NCBI GenBank assembly: GCA_964374115.1
Contig: CAYJXK010000002.1
Span: 1 to 57,286, forward strand
Length of the DNA stretch: 57,286 bases
DNA from: an uncultured Gammaproteobacteria bacterium
GTDB lineage: Bacteria; Patescibacteriota; Patescibacteriia; Magasanikbacterales; UBA922
Reading direction: 5' to 3'
Part shown: in pieces, positions 51,147 to 57,286 of the stretch
Numbering within the stretch: position 1 is the first letter of the stretch
Layout of the letters: every line of letters begins with the position of its first letter
Notes under the pieces: generated by a model
What the model saw: only the letters and a program-made list of their open reading frames with translations
What the model was told of the DNA's origin: nothing
Database searches by the model: none
Made by a program: the position numbers and the translations under genes

Positions 51147-52628
51147 ATGTTCTCCCAATTTCAAGAAACACTCACATTTGACGACGTTCTTCTCGTCCCG
51201 CAACATTCGCGGGTTTTGCCCAAAGACCCTATCCTTGAGTCGCACGTGACAAATCGCATCACAGTGAATATGCCTTTTTTGAGCGCACCAATGGATACCG
51301 TCACAGAGCACAGCATGGCAATCGCGCTTGCGCTTGCCGGGGGTATGGGATTTATCCACAAAAATCTTCCCATAGAGGAGCAAGTCAAAGAGGTGGAACT
51401 TGTGAAGCGGTTTAAAAATGGATTTATTGAAGACCCTGTGACGGTTCGCCCAGAAGATACGATTGCCAAAGTGATCGAGATCCGCAAAGAATATGGATAC
51501 AAAAAAGTGCCAGTGGTCAACGAGCGAGGAGTGCTTATTGGGATGATTAGCGATGTGGATTATTTTCCTGTTGAGGACAAAAATCTCATGATAAAATTTC
51601 GCATGGTGGCTGTGAAGGAGTTGGTCGTTGCAAAAAGAGGCATTCGATTGGAAAAGGCAAATGAAATGATTCGGGAACTTAGATTAGAATCACTCTGTGT
51701 TGTCGACAAAGCAGGAAGGCTTGTCAGTTTGGTGACCCGCCGGGATATTGAGAAAAATGAACAATTTCCTTACGCCTGCAAGGATGACGATAAACAGTTG
51801 CGCGTTGGCGCAGCAGTCGGAGTGGGGAAAACTGCTATCGAGCGTGCAGGGGCGCTTTTTGAAGCTGGGGTTGATGTGATTGTGGTGGACACTGCCCATG
51901 GGCATTCAGAGGGGGTGATGGCGACGGTAAAAGCGCTCAGAAAAAAATTCAGAGATAGTAATCTCATCGCAGGAAATATCGCGACAGCCGAAGCAGCTGA
52001 GGCTCTCGTATCTGCCGGGGTTGATGCTGTGAAAGTTGGTATCGGACCTGGATCCATTTGCACCACGCGTGTGGTCGCAGGAGTCGGTGTTCCTCAGCTT
52101 TCCGCGCTTCTTGATGTGCAAAAAGGAATTCGAAAATCCAAAAGAAAAGTTCCCATGATCGCAGACGGCGGCATCACATCATCTGGCGATATTGTGAAAG
52201 CGCTTGCGATCGGCGCGTCCACTGTTATGATGGGCAATATCTTTGCGGGGACAGATGAATCACAGGGTAAAGTCGAATTCCTCGATGGGCATATGTACAA
52301 AGTGTATCGCGGTATGGGGAGTCTCGAGGCGATGGAATTTGGAAGCAAAGATCGTTATGGTCAGGGGCACATTGATGAAAAGAAAAAGTTTGTGCCAGAA
52401 GGCGTCAGTGGCCGCGTGCGATACAAAGGTCCAGTGGATCGGATCATATATCAGCTTGCAGGCGGTCTTCGAAGCGGCATGGGATATTGCGGAGCAAGAA
52501 CAATTCTAGAGCTTCAAAAAAATGCGCGGTTTGTGCGCATGACACATGCGGGTCTCAAGGAGAGCCATCCGCATGATCTTGGACCGGTGGAGAATGCGCC
52601 GAACTACGCTACAGATCGGTACCAATGA
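51147..52628 (+). CDS. guaB: Inosine-5'-monophosphate dehydrogenase
   Basis: [13 protein letters not shown], a CBS pair, [11 protein letters not shown] (catalytic Cys) and [11 protein letters not shown]. The start was set at MFSQFQ. Confidence 0.96.
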   Translation: MFSQFQETLTFDDVLLVPQHSRVLPKDPILESHVTNRITVNMPFLSAPMDTVTEHSMAIALALAGGMGFIHKNLPIEEQVKEVELVKRFKNGFIEDPVTVRPEDTIAKVIEIRKEYGYKKVPVVNERGVLIGMISDVDYFPVEDKNLMIKFRMVAVKELVVAKRGIRLEKANEMIRELRLESLCVVDKAGRLVSLVTRRDIEKNEQFPYACKDDDKQLRVGAAVGVGKTAIERAGALFEAGVDVIVVDTAHGHSEGVMATVKALRKKFRDSNLIAGNIATAEAAEALVSAGVDAVKVGIGPGSICTTRVVAGVGVPQLSALLDVQKGIRKSKRKVPMIADGGITSSGDIVKALAIGASTVMMGNIFAGTDESQGKVEFLDGHMYKVYRGMGSLEAMEFGSKDRYGQGHIDEKKKFVPEGVSGRVRYKGPVDRIIYQLAGGLRSGMGYCGARTILELQKNARFVRMTHAGLKESHPHDLGPVENAPNYATDRYQ

Positions 52629-52652
52629 AGGTCTATATCATTTCTACCGTCT

Positions 52653-54056
52653 CTATTTTTTAGAAGTTTTTCCACGCAACTTCATATGCGCCTTTTGCAA
52701 ATTTTCAAGAAGTTTGCTTTCATTGACAAAACAATGCCTACGATCAGAAACCACGAAGACGCCTCGGATCATGAGATCGCGCACATCGCGACTCCCGTGC
52801 GTGATCATGTTACTCACCAATGTTTTCGGTCGTCGTTCATCGTATGGCATGAAGCCGCGGTCTTTCAGTTTCCAAAACGAGAGATTCGCGGTGTAGCCAG
52901 GAAGAATTTTTCCAAGTTTTGAAAGGCCAAGCAGACGTGCTGGTCGCGCTGTTACCATGTCAAAGAGATCTTCATATGACACAATGGTGCTGGCTTGGTG
53001 CAGTGTTTTCATGGTGAGCGCTTCGGTAAGAAGGTCGAGCCTGTTTTTACTGACCACACTATCGGTTCCAAGTGTCACCAGATGCTCAGCGCCGACTTTT
53101 TTGAATGCCTGATAATTGAAAAATCCGGACCGATGGAGGAGATTGGATGTGGGAAGATGCACGACAATGGCGCGCGCTTTTTTGATTGCCAGGATTTCTT
53201 CCTCTGTGAGATGCACACCATGGCTCATAATCGTACGGGAATTGAGCAGTCCATAACGCGAGAGCACACCAATCGGTCGCTCACCAAAGAGTCGGAGGCA
53301 ATTGCCAACCGTTTCCTCGCTTTCCGCAACATGCAATGTAAGATACACTTGATATTTTTTTTGGATTTTTTGGATGGCGCGAAGAGTCGTGGGTGTGGCT
53401 TTCCAAACATAATGTAACGCGATGCCGGGAGTGGTGTATGTATTTTTTTTCTTAAGATATGACTCGACGAGTTTTGGCGAATTCTCTGGATGGGTATTGC
53501 TTGCCGCTGACACACAATGAATCACATGCTGGCGAGTGGCAATCGCGGCTTTTTCGATCGGGTCAAACACCGCGTAGTGGCTGAGTGTCGTTGTGATTCC
53601 CGCCTTCTGTTCTTCCGTGAAATCGCCAATCGCGCCAAGCGTATAATCTTCTTCGTCCATCAGCCGCTCGAGTCTGGCCATGCCAGAGAGCGCTTTTGCA
53701 AGATTTGGTTCCGCGAGAGTGAGCGAGGAGCGCAACAGATACATGGGCGGGTGCGCGTGCATGTTGATGAATCCAGGAGTGAGCGCAATGCCTCCTTTTT
53801 GATCTCCGTCATAAATAAGATCAATGGTGTCAAGGTTTATTTCTGTGTGGAGAGCATTTTTGGGAAAAATTTTTACAATTGTTTCATTCTCGATAAGCAA
53901 AGACATGTCTTTCTGAACCACAAGCCGATCTTGTCCATTCATGGTCATAACAAAACGAATTCCATGGATAAGAATTCGTTTTGGGTGTTTTTTGGGATGG
54001 AGAATGTTGTAGCGGTGAGAGAGGGGAGGTGTGAGCATATTGCTATGAGTTGGCAC
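52653..54056 (-). CDS. Amidohydrolase-superfamily deaminase-like protein (MtaD/SsnA/guanine-deaminase-like)
   Basis: Metal ligands: NMHAHP (HxH), LHVAES, VHLTE and GTDS. The exact substrate cannot be inferred and the start is uncertain. Confidence 0.8.
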   Translation of the reverse strand: MPTHSNMLTPPLSHRYNILHPKKHPKRILIHGIRFVMTMNGQDRLVVQKDMSLLIENETIVKIFPKNALHTEINLDTIDLIYDGDQKGGIALTPGFINMHAHPPMYLLRSSLTLAEPNLAKALSGMARLERLMDEEDYTLGAIGDFTEEQKAGITTTLSHYAVFDPIEKAAIATRQHVIHCVSAASNTHPENSPKLVESYLKKKNTYTTPGIALHYVWKATPTTLRAIQKIQKKYQVYLTLHVAESEETVGNCLRLFGERPIGVLSRYGLLNSRTIMSHGVHLTEEEILAIKKARAIVVHLPTSNLLHRSGFFNYQAFKKVGAEHLVTLGTDSVVSKNRLDLLTEALTMKTLHQASTIVSYEDLFDMVTARPARLLGLSKLGKILPGYTANLSFWKLKDRGFMPYDERRPKTLVSNMITHGSRDVRDLMIRGVFVVSDRRHCFVNESKLLENLQKAHMKLRGKTSKK

Positions 54057-54100
54057 GTTGACCCGTTTGCCAGTTGGTCAGTGCCCAACTTGTAAATTTG

Positions 54101-54976
54101 CTAACTGGCAAACTTCTCAGCACATAAGACAGTATTAAGAAGCAATTTCGCCACTGTGATTGGCCCAACACCGCCAGGCGTTGGTGTCACCGCATACGCT
54201 ATATCTTTCACACCCTCGACATCCACATCACCATACATCACGTCATCATCAAAATCAACGCCCGTGTCAATCACAATTGCGCCTGTCTTTACCATATCTT
54301 TCTTAATCACATATTTTTTTCCAATACCACTCACCAACATATCCGCTGCAAGGCATTTTTCTTTCATATCTCTCGTCGCGCTGTTACACGTCGTGACACT
54401 TGCTCGCGCATTCATCATCATGATCGCAAGCGGTTTGCCGACCAGCGGGCCGACTCCGACAATCGTGACATTTTTTCCAGTAATGGCGACATTCAAATGC
54501 TCGAGAATACTCATGACAGCTCCAGGTGTTGGAGGAATAATGGTCGCTCGGTTCATCATCAGTTTTCCGAGATTCTGTGGTGTAAGACAATCCACGTCTA
54601 TCGCAGGATCAATCACGTCCAAGACGTTTTGCGTGTCAATGTGTTTGGGAAGTGGAAGTTGCACAATAAGCCCGGAGAGAGTATGAGATGATTGGAGTGT
54701 TTTGATTTTTGAAATAATATCTTCAGTCGTTGATTCTTCTTTCATTTCCACTCGTTCAAATGTGATGCCGACTTCCTCAGCCGTTTCTTGTTTTTTGCGC
54801 ACATACGTATGAGACGGCTTATCATTGCCAACCAAAAGAACGGCGAGTTTTGGGGTGATGCCTTGCGTTTTTAGCGCTTCAACTTTCTCTTTTGTTTTTT
54901 TATGGATAGCCTGCGCAATCGCATGGCCATCAATGAGGGGTGCGCTCATAGATCGGAGATCTGGTGTATATACCAT
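54101..54976 (-). CDS. folD: Bifunctional methylenetetrahydrofolate dehydrogenase/cyclohydrolase
   Basis: LVGNDKPSHTYVRKK, VQLPLP, and PGGVGPITVA. Confidence 0.95.
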   Translation of the reverse strand: MVYTPDLRSMSAPLIDGHAIAQAIHKKTKEKVEALKTQGITPKLAVLLVGNDKPSHTYVRKKQETAEEVGITFERVEMKEESTTEDIISKIKTLQSSHTLSGLIVQLPLPKHIDTQNVLDVIDPAIDVDCLTPQNLGKLMMNRATIIPPTPGAVMSILEHLNVAITGKNVTIVGVGPLVGKPLAIMMMNARASVTTCNSATRDMKEKCLAADMLVSGIGKKYVIKKDMVKTGAIVIDTGVDFDDDVMYGDVDVEGVKDIAYAVTPTPGGVGPITVAKLLLNTVLCAEKFAS

Positions 54977-54977
54977 T

Positions 54978-55051
54978 TGGCTCGGGGACCTGGATTCGAA
55001 CCAAGATACTCAGGTTCAGAGCCTGATGTCCTACCATTAGACGATCCCCGA
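54978..55051 (-). tRNA. tRNA-Gln (anticodon CUG) with encoded CCA
   Basis: Hand-folded cloverleaf with a 7-bp acceptor stem and U1-A72. The D stem is GTCT/GGAC, the anticodon loop is CT-CTG-AA, the T loop is TTCGAAT, and the discriminator is G followed by CCA. Confidence 0.85.
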
Positions 55052-55112
55052 ATGTGATGTGGCTCTCATGCTATCGCACTGTTGTCCTATGTTCAACTCA
55101 TACGCACCGTAT

Positions 55113-56630
55113 TCATTGCACCACATCGCCTCCGAGAGCCGTCGCGAGCTCTGTCATGGCTTCTTGATTTGGTATCGAAGGAGTCTCCAATACCACGGCT
55201 GTGAGGCGAAGTGGGGTGCCGAGAAGTGAGGAGAGAATCGATTCAATAGTGGATCGTCGCGTTTTTTCCATGACAGAGTCGCGGTGAAATGGGTATGCAA
55301 GATGCAATTCCACGTTGTCTTCGTGAACGCCAGTCACGTCTGCCATGTGCAGAATTGAGCAGAGTGATGGGTGTTTTTTTTCGATGTTTTCAAGAAGAGC
55401 GCTCCAAACGTTCTTGACATCCTCGACATGTATCAATGGCTTTTTGGCAGAAGAAGCTGAGAAAGCCTCCTTGTTCTCTTCAATTATTTTTTCAGTTTTT
55501 TTTTGTGGAGAAGGAGGAGGGGTGAGAGGATGCGTTTGTGGAGGAGGAGTCGACCATTCCACCAGGGCGAGTTCAATAGGTAATTGAGGGAGCGGAGAGG
55601 TACGGATATGGTTTCTTCGCTCAGACAAAATATCTATGAGCGTCACTAGGTTGTTTGGCGCGATATTTTTTTCAATGTTTTTTAATGTTTTCAGCGTTTC
55701 ATCGCTCAAGTCAGCAACCAGATCATTTCGAGCACTCTGAATAGAGAGAAGAAGCACGGTGCGAGATAAAGAAATAAGATCGTCCATAATGTGCACCAAA
55801 TCTGTATTGGTCGTTGCAAACTCGTTGATCACTTCCAATCCTTTCTCTATGTTTTTTTCCACAAAACATAAAAATAGGCGTACACTTTCGTCAATCGCAG
55901 TGGTTGGGAGAAGAAGCGATGCCGTCTCGGCTGTAATATGTTTTTCTCCTGCCGACATGAGCTGGTCGAGAAAACTGAGCGCATCTCGCATGCACCCATC
56001 GCTTTTGCCAATAATACGGTCGAGAACAACTGAATCGATTGTGACATCTTCTTTTTTTGCAATAGCAAGAAGGGCATGCTTCATTGTGTTCGCGCTCAAT
56101 CGATGAAAGTCGAATCGTTGACATCGAGAAAGAATCGTTGCTGGAATCTTGTGTCTTTCTGTGGTCGCGAAGATGAAAAGAATGTGAGTTGGCGGCTCTT
56201 CGAGGATTTTGAGAAGCGCGTTGAACGCGTTTGTCGAGAGCATGTGCGCTTCGTCTATAATATAGATTTTGTATCGATTTTTTGTGGGTTGAAATTGCGC
56301 GTGTTCAATAATCTGTTCCCGAACATTGTCAACGCCTGTATGGCTCGCCGCGTCGATTTCAACCACATCGATCGCCCGAGCGCGCTGAATTTCTATACAG
56401 CTCGCGCACGTTGTACAGGGGTTGGGGTCAGACACGCTACGATTCGTACAGTTCACCGCTTTGGCAAGCAGGCGCGCGAGCGATGTTTTCCCGACGCCAC
56501 GCGGGCCAGAAAAAAGATAGGCGTGTGAAACAGAATCGCGCAGAATTTGGTTGGTGATGGTCTGCACAATGTGTTCTTGATCAACAACATCGCGAAATGT
56601 TTGGGGACGGTAGGTGTGGTAGAGAGCCAT
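55113..56630 (-). CDS. dnaX: DNA polymerase III subunit gamma/tau
   Basis: YRPQTFRDVVDQEH, GPRGVGKTS, the zinc module CTTCASC, DEAHMLS and SRCQRF. The start was set at MALYHTYRP. Confidence 0.94.
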   Translation of the reverse strand: MALYHTYRPQTFRDVVDQEHIVQTITNQILRDSVSHAYLFSGPRGVGKTSLARLLAKAVNCTNRSVSDPNPCTTCASCIEIQRARAIDVVEIDAASHTGVDNVREQIIEHAQFQPTKNRYKIYIIDEAHMLSTNAFNALLKILEEPPTHILFIFATTERHKIPATILSRCQRFDFHRLSANTMKHALLAIAKKEDVTIDSVVLDRIIGKSDGCMRDALSFLDQLMSAGEKHITAETASLLLPTTAIDESVRLFLCFVEKNIEKGLEVINEFATTNTDLVHIMDDLISLSRTVLLLSIQSARNDLVADLSDETLKTLKNIEKNIAPNNLVTLIDILSERRNHIRTSPLPQLPIELALVEWSTPPPQTHPLTPPPSPQKKTEKIIEENKEAFSASSAKKPLIHVEDVKNVWSALLENIEKKHPSLCSILHMADVTGVHEDNVELHLAYPFHRDSVMEKTRRSTIESILSSLLGTPLRLTAVVLETPSIPNQEAMTELATALGGDVVQ

Positions 56631-56703
56631 AGTTGATTCATTATAAAGAATATTCTCGCGTGAGTAAATATCCCTCCTCTCAGAGGCGTTTAGCCGCGAC
56701 ACC

Positions 56704-56732
56704 TTGCTTTATAATTCCCTCTATGCTATACT
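56704..56732 (+). promoter_or_regulatory. Promoter TTGCTT-17-(TGc)TATACT, followed by the palindrome TTGGAAtcTTCCAA
   Basis: Hexamers at 56704-56709 and 56727-56732. A perfect 6+6 inverted repeat lies just downstream at about 56741-56754. Confidence 0.5.
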
Positions 56733-56782
56733 GTGGATAACTTGGAATCTTCCAAAGGATTATCTTATTCATTTTTAAACTC

Positions 56783-57049
56783 ATGGCTATGCCAAGAAAA
56801 GCAAATCCAGCGCTCTTAAAGCCGCTGAATTTAACCCCCGAGCTCCAAGCAGTAGTCGGGAAAGGTCCACTCCCACGAGGGCAAGTCGTCAAGCAATTGT
56901 GGGTATACATCAAGGAAAATAACTTGCAGGATCAGACGAACAAACGAAACATCAAAGCGGACGCCAAGCTCAAAGTGCTCTTTGGCGGCAAGGATGTCGT
57001 GAATATGTTCGAGATGACGAAGCTGGTTTCAGCACACATGTCGAACTAA
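56783..57049 (+). CDS. SWIB/MDM2-domain protein
   Basis: LKPLNLTPELQAVVGKGPLPRGQVVKQLWVYIKENNLQD...NMFEMTKLVSAHM matches the SWIB domain pattern. Confidence 0.85.
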   Translation: MAMPRKANPALLKPLNLTPELQAVVGKGPLPRGQVVKQLWVYIKENNLQDQTNKRNIKADAKLKVLFGGKDVVNMFEMTKLVSAHMSN

Positions 57050-57071
57050 TCCTCAAGCAAAGCATTCGAGA

Positions 57072-57106
57072 AAAAATACTCCGTTTCTAGCGGGGTATTT
57101 TTGTTG
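57072..57106 (+). terminator. Rho-independent terminator after the SWIB gene
   Basis: The stem AAAAATACTCCG / CGGGGTATTTTT has one mismatch and is followed by TGTTGT. Confidence 0.55.
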
Positions 57107-57231
57107 TCGGTGTTTATCTCCTTCCACCGCATCCAACTCATGACGAATGTTACCCCGCATCGTCTGATTCCTTTTTCTTCCCTCCAAAATCCGCGTGTCG
57201 AAAACTCAAAGCACATCATAGCGTGGACGTT

Positions 57232-57286
57232 TTACTGACTCTTAACACGTACCTTAACGAATACACGGTATGATTTTGAGTCAGAT
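57232..57286 (-). mobile_element. MITE-like element, family A, copy 3 (inverted orientation, truncated by the window end)
   Basis: The 55 bp are identical to the reverse complement of 267..321. Confidence 0.85.

Overview
This 57.3-kb window looks like part of a small, streamlined bacterial genome. My guess is Patescibacteria/CPR-like. That is an inference from gene content: compact housekeeping genes, an AlaRS lacking the C-terminal domain, a MurJ/MurB/flippase envelope set, SecDF, and few Shine-Dalgarno sites.

About 55 protein genes can be supported:
- an HlyD/MacB-type ABC exporter trio
- mnmA and alaS
- the infA-rpmJ-rpsM-rpsK-rpsD-rpoA-rplQ block followed by rplM-rpsI
- a flippase plus two glycosyltransferases
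- rnhA-recJ, lepA, murJ and corA
- a beta-CASP MBL hydrolase
- uvrB, uvrA and uvrC
- a Hanks-type Ser/Thr kinase and a phenylalanine-4-hydroxylase
- murB, hpf, secA, a DUF1653 protein and secDF
- dus, guaA/guaB, an amidohydrolase, folD and dnaX
- a SWIB-domain protein and one tRNA-Gln(CUG)

I found no rRNA, CRISPR array, transposase, integrase or reverse transcriptase.

The most unusual content is repeat biology:
1. Three families of non-autonomous palindromic (MITE-like) elements. Long forms coexist with short forms that are precise internal deletions. The elements sit right at gene boundaries. One interrupts an ORF, and removing it restores the reading frame.
2. 7-bp-period tandem arrays translated in frame inside housekeeping genes (mnmA, murB, secA, lepA). 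In mnmA and lepA the array is fused to the same CCGCCAAAGGCGG palindrome.

Other notable items:
- SecD carries a roughly 240-aa insertion with parvulin (PPIase) motifs.
- A small island with very high third-position G+C lies next to a repeat.
- Several G+C-richer single-gene cassettes carry strong Shine-Dalgarno sites that native genes lack.
- A Cys-rich 57-aa gene has its own promoter and Shine-Dalgarno site.
- A structured 170-nt leader precedes the glycosyltransferase genes.

All functional calls come from motif recognition by eye. No database search was possible.
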